A DNA stretch of 64,000 bases, from assembly GCA_965243025.1 (NCBI GenBank), contig CBDETY010000003.1, positions 3,232,001 to 3,296,000 on the forward strand. Direction: 5' to 3'. Origin of the DNA: Candidatus Latescibacterota bacterium. GTDB taxonomy: Bacteria > Latescibacterota > UBA2968 > UBA8231. Of this stretch, positions 1 through 9,090 are shown in pieces. Every line of letters begins with the position of its first letter. Within the stretch, counting starts at the first letter, position 1. The translations under genes were made by a program, and so were the position numbers. The notes under the pieces were generated by a model, which saw only the letters and a program-made list of their open reading frames with translations, ran no database searches and was not told the DNA's origin.

Positions 1-720
1 GACCATCCCCGCGGCAACCGTCTGGCCGACCCGGCCGAACTGGATTTCCGCATCTGGCTGGCCTGGCACGACGACCCGGACCGGCTGTATGTCGCCTTCG
101 TGTCGAGCGACGACGAGTATTCGAACTCACATGACTACGATGGAAAATCCCGGCTCCTCGAGCATGACAGCATCGCTCTGGCAATCGACGGAGACCACCG
201 GGGCGGGCACGGAGGCGTCGACATTACGGCACCGGAAGACTGGGGGGATTTTCACGGGCAGGCACAGCTGTACGAGGCAGTTTCCCGTACTGTGACCGGT
301 CTGCCGACCTTGAATGCCCCGGATATCCTCCGTCAGACGGGGAGTTTTTCCTGGACCGTCTCTCCTCCCTACGGAGACGGAGGAGGAGGTGTCGCCGGGG
401 AAAACCCGACGGTCAGCGTGATCGAGCTGTACGTCACCCCTTACGACTTCTGGGAGGGATGGGACAGCGGGCCGGGGGAGACCGCTTTCAGCGATCTTGC
501 CGCGGGAAAGGGAATCGGGTTTGCGGTCATGGTGTACGACTGGGACGAGACAACCGGCTCGTGGGAATACTTTACGGCGATACAGACCGAACGGCCCTAT
601 ACCGACATGGTCGACCTTCGGGCGGATGTCTTCCTCGATGGGCTGCTGCTGCCGGCCAACCCGGAAGGCACCGCGGTCGAGGGCAGTACGTGGGGACGCA
701 TCAAGGCAACCCTGAGATAA
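1..720 (+). CDS. Partial (5' end outside window) CBM9/DOMON-like putative sugar-binding protein with C-terminal TWG tag
   Basis: Frame open from base 1 (DHPRGNRLADPAELDFRIWLAWHDDPDRLYVAF...). LYVAF..DD, DSI..xIDGD and IGFAVMVYDWD resemble the CBM9-like fold. Ends TAVEGSTWGRIKATLR. Confidence 0.6.
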   Translation, partial: DHPRGNRLADPAELDFRIWLAWHDDPDRLYVAFVSSDDEYSNSHDYDGKSRLLEHDSIALAIDGDHRGGHGGVDITAPEDWGDFHGQAQLYEAVSRTVTGLPTLNAPDILRQTGSFSWTVSPPYGDGGGGVAGENPTVSVIELYVTPYDFWEGWDSGPGETAFSDLAAGKGIGFAVMVYDWDETTGSWEYFTAIQTERPYTDMVDLRADVFLDGLLLPANPEGTAVEGSTWGRIKATLR

Positions 721-759
721 TTTATTTAGCCTGCGCTGCACGTTTTTGCCCAATCACTG

Positions 760-778
760 GCATTCCTGAGGAATGCCG
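760..778. terminator. Hairpin between convergent genes, possible bidirectional terminator
   Basis: ggcattcc-tga-ggaatgcc perfect 8-bp stem, flanked by ttttt upstream and aaaaa downstream. Confidence 0.35.
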
Positions 779-867
779 TCAAAAAGGCAGGTCAGACCGG
801 AGCAGCCTGGGTTCTTCCTCGAACTTGACAAATCCGGCAATCTTTGGTGACGCCGGCCTTTTCGGTC

Positions 868-1362
868 TCAAATCGGAGCCTTCGGGGACACGCGGATTCC
901 TGAGGCCACCATTTCGAATTTCGGGGCCTCCGCAAGCCCGGACCGCTGCGCGGAGGATTCCGCCTGATAATGCTCCTCCGCGCCCTGATCAGCCACCTGC
1001 AACAAGCCATGGACAGTGGCCAAACGCCCGCTGATCTCCTGCGGCACTGTATAGGCGTAACTCCCGTCCTCATGGCGCGCTACGTGCACGCGCAATCCCG
1101 CTTCGGTATCCAAGGCGCGCAGCACGAACCAGCAGCCCGCCTTTTGGCATACCTCATGGACGGTACCCGTAACGGTAACCGGCTGGTCCAGATACCATTC
1201 GGGCTCAGCCAGGACAGCCTCTACCGGCAAGGCTTCCTGCGGCATGCCGGCTTTCCCGAAGAGATCGTCCTCCGGTGTGTCCAGCCGTGCGCAAGCCGCG
1301 CACACCAACAGAAGCACGAGGCTCGCCCAACGCATGGTTTGTATTGCAGCAGCGTTTTTCAT
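868..1362 (-). CDS. DUF4920-like lipoprotein (OB-fold)
   Basis: Lipoprotein-like signal (LLLVCAAC) and the VTGTVHEVCQKAGCW motif. Confidence 0.7.
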   Translation of the reverse strand: MKNAAAIQTMRWASLVLLLVCAACARLDTPEDDLFGKAGMPQEALPVEAVLAEPEWYLDQPVTVTGTVHEVCQKAGCWFVLRALDTEAGLRVHVARHEDGSYAYTVPQEISGRLATVHGLLQVADQGAEEHYQAESSAQRSGLAEAPKFEMVASGIRVSPKAPI

Positions 1363-1594
1363 GATTTCAGGCGGCGCAAGCCGTCCGGCGTCGTTTCAAT
1401 AATCTCCAAAAATCAGCCCTCTTCCAACATGTCGCCGGCGCGGGTGGAGTCCCGCAGCCTGTCCCGGAGCTTCTGAATTCGCTGCGGCGGGGTTGGAAGT
1501 CCCAACAGGGGACGCCGGGCCTGGACCGATCCGGAGTCGGCACCGGCGGTCGGGTGGGCGCCGAGACAGCGCCGATGCTGACGGAAACCGAACA

Positions 1595-2203
1595 GTGATC
1601 CAGGACCCTGAGACACCTCCCCGGGCCCCCGGCCTCGACGACGTCCGCCGGGCTCTCGGCAGCCGGCGCCCAAAAACCGTGCCCGGGTGCCGCGCCGCGG
1701 TGGCCGTGGTCTGCTGCGAGCGCGACGGCGCGCTGCACCTGCTGTTCATCAAGAGAGCGGAAAGAACCGGCGATCCCTGGTCCGGGCACCTCGCCTTTCC
1801 CGGGGGGCGCCTCGAGGCGGTCGACCCCGGGCCCCGGGCCGCTGCCGAACGGGAGACCCGGGAGGAGGTCGGCCTCGACCTGGGCCCGGAGGAGTACCTG
1901 GGGCGCCTCGACGATCTCGCCACGGTGACCACCTCCATGCGGGTCGCCGCTTTCGTGTACGGAATCGCCGGACCGCGGCCGCTGCGGATCGGCGACGAGG
2001 TGGAGGAGGCGTTCTGGTATCCGTTGGCGGAGCTGCTCGACCCGGAGCGGCAGGCGCTGCGGGAGTTCGAGCACCGCGGCGAGCGTGACTTCTGGCCGAG
2101 CATCGACCTGCGGCGCCCGGGCAGTCCCTTCCTGTGGGGGGTGACCTACCGCTTCGTCGGGCACCTGGCGGAACTGCTCGGAAGTCCCTTGCCCGGGGCC
2201 TGA
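1595..2203 (+). CDS. NUDIX hydrolase, CoA pyrophosphatase-like
   Basis: AAVAV..LLFIKRA..DPWSGHLAFPGG..AAERETREEVGL Nudix box and C-terminal LWGVT. Start taken at GTG 1595. Confidence 0.9.
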   Translation: MIQDPETPPRAPGLDDVRRALGSRRPKTVPGCRAAVAVVCCERDGALHLLFIKRAERTGDPWSGHLAFPGGRLEAVDPGPRAAAERETREEVGLDLGPEEYLGRLDDLATVTTSMRVAAFVYGIAGPRPLRIGDEVEEAFWYPLAELLDPERQALREFEHRGERDFWPSIDLRRPGSPFLWGVTYRFVGHLAELLGSPLPGA

Positions 2204-2300
2204 ATGTCTGCGCGCGATTCGGCGGGAACCGAGCGGCCCTGAAATCCGGCCGCTTTGCCCTCTCCCCCCGCGACCCGGGGCCCCCTGCCCGGGGCCTGAC

Positions 2301-2939
2301 CTACTCGACGGCGACCTCCTGAACCAGCAGGTACTGACCCGGCAGCAGCCGGCCCGTGACCTCCACCGGCCTGAAGTGGGAGCCGCTCCCGAGAAAGGCC
2401 TCGTTTCCGGAGCCGAACTGCAGGTAGTGGTAGATGCGGCCGTCCCCGGTCTCGAGGTGGTGCAGGTGGCCGAGTTGGCAGGAGTGCGGCAGGTCGACGA
2501 CGTCGAGGCCGCACTGGCACTTGTTCACCCCGGCGAGAGTGACCTGCTCCCCGGGGTCGTTGCGGAAGGCGGAGAAGTCGATCAGCGGCACCGTGGTCAC
2601 CGGCTTCAGGGAGTCGGCGTGAACCAGGGCTCCCCGCTCGAGCAGCCTGCCCCACACCCGCACCACCGAGCCGGGCCCGGTTTCCTTCAGGGCGCTCGCG
2701 TTTTCGGGGGTTTCGAGGAAGGCGTACACCCCCTCCTCGGTCACCAGGGCGCGGCCGGCGATCTCCTGCTCCGCCTGCAATTCCGCGGGGGCGCCGCTCT
2801 CCGATGCCGCGGTGAAGAAGCTGTTGATGTCGACGATGACGCCGTGTCCCTGGAACGGGGCGCTCTGCTCTGCCTGCTTCTGGCCGGCCCACGCGGCGGT
2901 GGCCGCGGCGACCAGCAGTATCTGTGTTGCCGTTCTCAT
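2301..2939 (-). CDS. Secreted hypothetical protein with Cys/His cluster
   Basis: ATG 2939 with GGAGA RBS, signal peptide MRTATQILLVAAATAAWA, and motif KCQCG..PHSCQLGHLHH. Confidence 0.7.
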   Translation of the reverse strand: MRTATQILLVAAATAAWAGQKQAEQSAPFQGHGVIVDINSFFTAASESGAPAELQAEQEIAGRALVTEEGVYAFLETPENASALKETGPGSVVRVWGRLLERGALVHADSLKPVTTVPLIDFSAFRNDPGEQVTLAGVNKCQCGLDVVDLPHSCQLGHLHHLETGDGRIYHYLQFGSGNEAFLGSGSHFRPVEVTGRLLPGQYLLVQEVAVE

Positions 2940-3106
2940 CGCTGTCTCCCCGGAATCAAGGTTTCGGTGTGACGGGTGCGCGGCACCTCCCGGCTCCACC
3001 GCCGGAGAGGGCCGCACGTGCATGGGTCAACTCGATTGCGGACGGTCGCGGTGTTGGCCAGGCTCCGGGGCCTGCGCTTCAACAGCCGCCGAACCGGCCA
3101 TTGCCC

Positions 3107-3907
3107 TCAGTCGTAGTTGCTCCGCTTGTGATCCCCCATGAGGCGCCGCTGCCGCGGCGTCGCCCTGGCGAGGATGTCGGGATCGAACCGGAAGCGGTTG
3201 AGGTAGGGCGGGTATTTCTGGGTGATGATGCGCTGCGCGTAGTGCACCTGCAGCAGGTAACGCACCTGATTGCTGGTGTTGGCGGTGCCCTGGTGCCAGA
3301 CCTCGCTGCGGAAGATCACCACGTCCCCCGCCTTGCAGAAAATCCCCTTCGGCGGAGACCCCTTGTACCCGGTGTCCCCGTCCGGAGGCCGTCCGGCGCG
3401 GTGGCTGCCGGGGACGAAGGCGGTCGGGCCGAGCTCCTCGTAGAGGTCGTCGAGGTAGTAATGGGCGGTGGTGATGTACACCGGGATGCGCAGGCGGGGA
3501 TCGGCCATCAGGTCTTCGGGTACCGTCAGGGGCTGCCAGTCGGCGTGAAGCTTCTGCTCTGGCCGCCCCGGGCCGGTCAGCCAGGCCGTCATGCCGATGC
3601 AGTGGCAGTCGGGGCCGTGCAGGGCCTCGGCCAGCTCGATGACCCGCGGGCGGTCGAGGTAGCCGGTGAACAGGGGGTCGCGGTTGAAGGCGTTGTTGAT
3701 GGACTTGCTGAAGAAGCCGCCCCGTTCCGGGGTTTTTGTGCGGTCGTAGCTCTCCGGGATCGCCTCCAGGGCGTCCATGGCCTGCCGCAGCCGCTGGACT
3801 TCCCCGGCGTCGATGACCCCGGGCAGATAGGCGTAGCCGTCGCGGTGCACGGCTTCGGCCTGCTCCTCCAACCTGTCATGGGCTACCAGCGGAATCGGCT
3901 CGAGCAT
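3107..3907 (-). CDS. PhyH-family 2OG-Fe(II) dioxygenase
   Basis: Likely start MLEPIP at 3907. DGYAYLPGVI, LHAD, GPTAFVPGSH, AGDVVIF..WHQG..N..R motifs. Confidence 0.9.
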   Translation of the reverse strand: MLEPIPLVAHDRLEEQAEAVHRDGYAYLPGVIDAGEVQRLRQAMDALEAIPESYDRTKTPERGGFFSKSINNAFNRDPLFTGYLDRPRVIELAEALHGPDCHCIGMTAWLTGPGRPEQKLHADWQPLTVPEDLMADPRLRIPVYITTAHYYLDDLYEELGPTAFVPGSHRAGRPPDGDTGYKGSPPKGIFCKAGDVVIFRSEVWHQGTANTSNQVRYLLQVHYAQRIITQKYPPYLNRFRFDPDILARATPRQRRLMGDHKRSNYD

Positions 3908-3912
3908 GTCCC

Positions 3913-4929
3913 TCACCCCCTTTCCCTGGCGAGGATCCGCTCCGTCTGCCAGGGTCTTCTTTCCCCGTAGTACTCGTGCCGGGGACGCCGCGGTCCCGTC
4001 TCCGCAAGCTGCCTGCCGTACACGGCGAGGCCGGTGAGGCCGTTCCCGGTCCGCAGGCGCCGCGGCAGCACCGCCTCGAGCTCGAACCCGGCCTGCTCCA
4101 GGGCCTGCCCGGCATCCCCGTCCCCTTCGGCGGCGTAGGCCTGCAGGACGCAGACGCCGATCCGGTGGGCGCGGGAAGCGGCTGCGTCGAGCAGCTCGCC
4201 GGTCTGGTCCGCGTACTCCGGGGCGACGCGGAAGCTGAGCTGGGCGACGTGCTGCTGGTGGAACGTCGGCAGGCGCTCGGCGATGGCGCAGCCGACCACT
4301 CTCCGGCGCGGGTTCTCCAGCACCACGATGAGGCCCCGGTCCTCCTCGACGCGGCGCATCAGCCGCATGAAGTGACCTTCGAAACGGGTTCCGCGGAAGC
4401 AGTGGCTCAGGTACTCCTTGATCTCCCAGGCAGGCTGCGGGTGGCAGAACAGCACCGAGGCGCCCGGAAGGTCCCCCCAGTGCGCCTCGCGGACCGAGGC
4501 ATCCCCGGCGCGGGCAAGGTACCCGGCGTCGAAGTCGCCGGCCGCCTCCGACAGGCAGCGCATGCCGTCTCCGACGAAGTAGTCGAAGCCGCAGCTCTCG
4601 TACAGCCGCCCGGCCCCGGGACCGGTGGTGCAGAGGTACAGGGCGAGCCCGCCGTTGGCTTCGAAACGGGCGGTCAGCTGCCGCAGCAGGGCGGTGCCGA
4701 CCCCCTTGCGGCGGTGTTCCTCCGCGGTGTAGACGAACTCCACGAGGCCGACCTCGGGGTTTCGCGCCGGGATCAGGCAGGTCATGTACCCGGCGACCTC
4801 GCCGTCGATCTCGCCGATGTAGTATGGGCTGCGGAGCCAGGGGGCGAAGGCGCCGGAGAGCAGGTCCTCCTCGACATGCTCCCACCAGCATGACACCTTG
4901 CCGGTCCAGGCGCCGAGGGGGGGATCCAC
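3913..4929 (-). CDS. Tandem GNAT-family N-acetyltransferase
   Basis: VYTAEEHRRKGVGTALL acetyl-CoA motif and AGRLYESCGF. A second degenerate GNAT domain follows. The true start may lie further upstream. Confidence 0.8.
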   Translation of the reverse strand: MDPPLGAWTGKVSCWWEHVEEDLLSGAFAPWLRSPYYIGEIDGEVAGYMTCLIPARNPEVGLVEFVYTAEEHRRKGVGTALLRQLTARFEANGGLALYLCTTGPGAGRLYESCGFDYFVGDGMRCLSEAAGDFDAGYLARAGDASVREAHWGDLPGASVLFCHPQPAWEIKEYLSHCFRGTRFEGHFMRLMRRVEEDRGLIVVLENPRRRVVGCAIAERLPTFHQQHVAQLSFRVAPEYADQTGELLDAAASRAHRIGVCVLQAYAAEGDGDAGQALEQAGFELEAVLPRRLRTGNGLTGLAVYGRQLAETGPRRPRHEYYGERRPWQTERILARERG

Positions 4930-5050
4930 CTCGCTGAGGAGGAGGGTCTCCCCAGACTTCAGCTTCGCTTCGATTGTTTCTGGGGCGTTGGTGGCGATGG
5001 CCCGGCTGCCGTGGAATATCCGTCCGCTGGAATGCGGAGTCGGGCCGGAT

Positions 5051-5080
5051 ATTCTAGCCTGTCCCCTCCGGGTTCGGCAA
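5051..5080 (-). promoter_or_regulatory. Putative sigma70 promoter for the GNAT-PhyH genes
   Basis: Minus strand TTGCCG-N18-TAGAAT in the intergenic gap. Confidence 0.45.
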
Positions 5081-5113
5081 TGCCCCCCGGGAGAGACGGG
5101 TCCCGGAAAGCGG

Positions 5114-5488
5114 CTACGCCTGCGCCGCGGTCTCTCCTGTGCTCCGGTGGGCCAGAACCTTCAGGATGATCCATGCCGGCAGCGCGGCCAGGAGGGCGTA
5201 GGCGACGACGCCGATCGGGCCGAGCAGTCCTCCGACGATTGCGCCCCAGGCCGTCGCCGACCCCAGCACTGCGGCGCAGCCGGAAGCGAGGAGGGGGGAA
5301 TGGCGGTGCATCAGGCGCACCGCCCAGGTCAGCGGTATCGCGGCCGGCCAGGTCAGCGCGAACAGCCAGAAGATGTCCGTGGCGCCGGCGTGGACGATGC
5401 CTTCGGCGCCGAACCTGAACAGGGAGATGATCAGCACCAGCACCGGGAGCCAGAGGGAGGAAAGTATGGTGGCGACGGCTCCGTTCAT
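5114..5488 (-). CDS. Small integral membrane protein (about 4 TM)
   Basis: ATG 5488 with GGAGG RBS and four hydrophobic segments. Confidence 0.7.
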   Translation of the reverse strand: MNGAVATILSSLWLPVLVLIISLFRFGAEGIVHAGATDIFWLFALTWPAAIPLTWAVRLMHRHSPLLASGCAAVLGSATAWGAIVGGLLGPIGVVAYALLAALPAWIILKVLAHRSTGETAAQA

Positions 5489-5673
5489 GTCGGATCCTCC
5501 GGTTTGGGTGAATATTGACGGAAGGGCCGTTCTTTTCAAACCCAAAGACCCATGAGCTTCCGCCCCGGTTCCGCGCGGGCAGCGGAACCTTCCCGGTTCC
5601 CGGAGGCGTCCTGTATGCAGGAGAGTTCCGGGCCAATCGGGCGATGCCGCCCTTTGATCCAGGAGGACAAGCC

Positions 5674-7128
5674 ATGCACACCGAGGAGTCCTTCCCTGCC
5701 GCAAGCCGGGCGGCCGTACCGTTGCTGATCCTCCTCATTGCCGCGGCCACCTCCGCTCAGGAAGAACCTTTTCCCATCTTTGTCCCCGAGGATGCTCCCG
5801 ACAGCCTCAATGTGGAACGCGTCGGCGAGATCGTCCTCGTCCCCCTTTCCCGGGAAGGGCAGTTCCCTTACGGGGCCGACCTCTATCTGGCGGGGGACCA
5901 CGCGCTGATGGGGGACTTCCGCGGCCTCGTCCACGTCGTCGACATCTCCGACCCTGCCGCCATGCGCAAGGCAGCCGAGGTCCCCACCCCCGGACCGGCG
6001 CTGGACATCAAGGTCTCGGGTGATCTGGCGGTAATCGGCGTTCAGGCGAACGAGGCCGACTTCGGTCTGCTGATTCTCGACATCTCCGATCCGGAAAACC
6101 CGGCCGAGCTCTCGCGGCTCGAGGAGCCCGGCTGGGGAGGGGTCCACAATCTCTTCATCCACGGCGACCGCCTCTATCTCGCCCACATGGCCAGTCCGGG
6201 CCTGAGCATCGTCGACATATCGGTTCCCGCGGCGCCCGTGGTTTCGGGTTTCTGGCAGCACGGGACCTTCAGCAACCTGGTACACGACATCTTCATCCGG
6301 GACAACCTCGCGGTCATCAGCGATTACGACTCCGGGCTGGTCCTCCTCGACCTCACCGACCCGGACGCCCCCGCCCTGCTGGCGGAGGTGCCTTTCCCCG
6401 AGGGCATCCACAGCGCCTGGGCCGAGGGGGGCTACGTCTACTGCAACCAGGAGTTCGGCGGCTGGGAGCGGCGCCTCCACGTCGTCGACATCGCCGACCC
6501 CCAGCAGCCGCGGGTGGTCCACTCTTTCGCCAGCCGGCCGCCCCCTCACCGGGACATCTTGGGCCCGCACAACCCCTGGGTCCGGGACGGGCTGCTCTAC
6601 TGGGCATACTACGACGCGGGGTTGCGGGTATTCGACCTCGGCGATCCGGCGCGGCCGGTGGAAGTCGGCTACCACACCTATCCGGGGTTCGCCTGGAGCG
6701 TGCAGCCGCACGACGACGGCCTGCTCTACGTCGCCGACGGCACCGTGGGCATCCAGGCCTACAGGTTCGACGACGAGGCCATATCCGGCACCACCCCGCC
6801 GATATCGACCGCGGTGGCCGGAGAGGAAGGGGAGGTTGACGGGCGGCGCTCTGCCTTCAATCTCGCGCAGAACTTCCCCAACCCCTTCAACCAGTCGACG
6901 GCAATCCGCGTCGACCTGGAAACCGGGGCCGAAATGGAGCTGGCGGTGTACAATTTGAACGGACAGAAGGCCGCAACGCTTGCCCGGGGGGCATACCCGG
7001 CGGGGACCCATTCCTTCACCTGGGATGGCCTCACTGCCCTTGGGAGGGAACTGGCTTCCGGCGTATATACCTGCCGGCTCAGCGCCGGCGGGCAGGTGCG
7101 GACGCGCAAACTGATCCTGCTTCGCTGA
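5674..7128 (+). CDS. Secreted LVIVD-repeat beta-propeller protein with C-terminal FlgD-Ig/T9SS-type domain
   Basis: GGAGGA RBS and signal peptide. Repeated VVDISDP/LLDLTDP/VFDLGDP. C-terminal TAV..LAQNFPNPFN..VYNLNGQ..WDG..LASGVY..KLILLR. Confidence 0.85.
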   Translation: MHTEESFPAASRAAVPLLILLIAAATSAQEEPFPIFVPEDAPDSLNVERVGEIVLVPLSREGQFPYGADLYLAGDHALMGDFRGLVHVVDISDPAAMRKAAEVPTPGPALDIKVSGDLAVIGVQANEADFGLLILDISDPENPAELSRLEEPGWGGVHNLFIHGDRLYLAHMASPGLSIVDISVPAAPVVSGFWQHGTFSNLVHDIFIRDNLAVISDYDSGLVLLDLTDPDAPALLAEVPFPEGIHSAWAEGGYVYCNQEFGGWERRLHVVDIADPQQPRVVHSFASRPPPHRDILGPHNPWVRDGLLYWAYYDAGLRVFDLGDPARPVEVGYHTYPGFAWSVQPHDDGLLYVADGTVGIQAYRFDDEAISGTTPPISTAVAGEEGEVDGRRSAFNLAQNFPNPFNQSTAIRVDLETGAEMELAVYNLNGQKAATLARGAYPAGTHSFTWDGLTALGRELASGVYTCRLSAGGQVRTRKLILLR

Positions 7129-7180
7129 ACGCCGCTCCGACGAACAGCCCCCTCAAGGGCAACCTTCGGTGAGAGCCTCC

Positions 7181-9010
7181 ATGACCGGGAACCCGCCAGA
7201 TACAGCCATTCGTCTTCTCACGGACGCCGACGTTGCGAAGATCCCCGGTTTCTTCGCGGGGGTTTCCGAGGCGAGCCGCAAATTCTTCCATCCCCATGCC
7301 TTCGACCGGGAGGCGGCCGCGTGGATCGCCCGGGAAATCCACGATCCGGACCGCGTCCACCTCGGGGCCTTCAGCGGCGACAGGCTGATCGGGCATGCCT
7401 GGTACGCGCGCAGCGGCGGAAAGCCCTTCCCCGGCCTCGGCATCGGCATCGTCGACGCCTTCCACGACCGGGGCATCGGCAGAAGACTGATGCAGCGGAT
7501 CGAAGCCATCGCCCGCGAGCGCGGCGAGCCGGGGCTGGCCCTGAGCTGCTACCCGGAGAACCACCGGGCCCTTCGCGTCTATGCCAGGCAGGGGTACCGC
7601 CTCGCCGGCAGGACGGGCGACGGAGCCCAGTTCCGCATGGTCCGCGACTTCGCCGACGACGGGACCCCCTATGCAAGACGCGGCGTGTACGCCTCGAGCA
7701 TCCCGTGGAGCATCGCCCCGCTGACGACGGATACCTGGAGCCTCGACGACTGGAAATGGTACCTCGAGCTGCTCAACGCCGCCGGCTGCAACCTGCTCAA
7801 GCTCTACATCTGGCCCACCCAGTACTTCCACCCGGACGAGCCGGGGCTCGCCTGCAACGAGTGGCGTTACCGGGTCTGGCGCGAGGCCCTGGCGTACGCC
7901 CGCGTCATGGGGATGGAGACCTGGGTCGGGTTTTCGACCGGGACCGTGCCTCCCTCGACCTGGCTGCGCCACCCCGAGCTGCGGGCCGAAGACGTCAACT
8001 ACACCGGCATCACCCTCTGCTGGCGGCGGGGGAAGGAGCGGATCCTTCCCTTTCAGGAGCACCTGATCGACAGCTTCGCGGACGTGGCGGACAGCTTCGT
8101 TCCCTGGTTCGCCGACCCGGGCGCCTGCGTCTGCCCGGAGTGCCGCGACTACCTGGGGGTCATGCTCGACGCCCTGCACACCCTGTCGGATGCAACAGGC
8201 GGCAGGGCAGCGGTCGCCGCCTGCCTGTGGTGGATCGAACGGATCGAAGCGGGACAGATCGGCTTTGCCCCGCACCCCGGCCTGCGCCGCCGACTGGCCG
8301 CGGAACTTCCCGGAGGGACCGCCGTGGTCACCAGGAGCTCCGGGTACGAGACCATCGACATCATGCGGGAACAGGGGCTGGCTCCCGTGCCGCTGGCCTT
8401 CTTCCTCGATCCGGAAGGCGGGTTCGAGTCGGCCAACATCCTGCCCGAGCCCAAGCTGCGGCAGGTCGACGCGTGGCTGGAAAAGGGACTCGAAGAAGGG
8501 CACACCGCCTCGCTCGCCTACCGGCTGACCCCGTATACCCAGTACCCGGGGGACTTCTATTTCTTCCGCCGGCAGCTCAACCCCGCGCAGTCGAGGGAAT
8601 CCGTTCTAACCGAGCTGGGGGAGTACATCTGCAATCCCCGCCAGGGGGAAGGATCAGGGAATGAGGGAAGGCAATTCGCCGCGGCAGTGGAGTCGCTCGA
8701 GCGGTGGTGGGGCCGGCGGCGGGAGCAGGACCTCGACCGGGCAGCTTCCGGACTGGCCTCCCTGGCGGAAACCCGCGATTCCGTCAGGGATCTCGCCGAT
8801 GCCGCGGCCCTCCTGCGGTTGCTTTCCGGCGGGCCGGGGGCCCGATCGCTCGAGGAATTCACCGAGGATCTGCGCCTGCGGATGAGCGCCATGCCGGTCT
8901 TTCGCGGCCTGACCCTCGATCATCTCTGGTCGGGCCGGGCGCGGGCGTTTCTCCAGCTCCGGGTCGAGAACTGGCTGCACCGGTTGCGGCAGGCCGGCGG
9001 AGGAGAATGA
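7181..9010 (+). CDS. GNAT acetyltransferase fused to a glycoside-hydrolase-like TIM-barrel domain
   Basis: N-terminal GIVDAFHDRGIGRRLM..ENHRALRVYARQGY. Then RRGVY..WSLDDWKWYLELLNAAGCNLL and DPGACVCPEC. Confidence 0.65.
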   Translation: MTGNPPDTAIRLLTDADVAKIPGFFAGVSEASRKFFHPHAFDREAAAWIAREIHDPDRVHLGAFSGDRLIGHAWYARSGGKPFPGLGIGIVDAFHDRGIGRRLMQRIEAIARERGEPGLALSCYPENHRALRVYARQGYRLAGRTGDGAQFRMVRDFADDGTPYARRGVYASSIPWSIAPLTTDTWSLDDWKWYLELLNAAGCNLLKLYIWPTQYFHPDEPGLACNEWRYRVWREALAYARVMGMETWVGFSTGTVPPSTWLRHPELRAEDVNYTGITLCWRRGKERILPFQEHLIDSFADVADSFVPWFADPGACVCPECRDYLGVMLDALHTLSDATGGRAAVAACLWWIERIEAGQIGFAPHPGLRRRLAAELPGGTAVVTRSSGYETIDIMREQGLAPVPLAFFLDPEGGFESANILPEPKLRQVDAWLEKGLEEGHTASLAYRLTPYTQYPGDFYFFRRQLNPAQSRESVLTELGEYICNPRQGEGSGNEGRQFAAAVESLERWWGRRREQDLDRAASGLASLAETRDSVRDLADAAALLRLLSGGPGARSLEEFTEDLRLRMSAMPVFRGLTLDHLWSGRARAFLQLRVENWLHRLRQAGGGE

Positions 9011-9090
9011 GCCGCCGGCTTCCCTGCTGAAGAATCCGGAGGGCGGCGGCGGGGCCTTCAGGGGACCGGGAGCCGGGCCCGGGAGGCGCC

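Noticed and set aside
3908-4891. Apparent long N-terminal extensions (PhyH 3107..4891; also 41765..43594, 43194..45239, 56349..58505)
   Set aside because: The extensions are Arg/Pro/Gly-rich off-frame read-through of neighbouring genes, and internal starts fit better.
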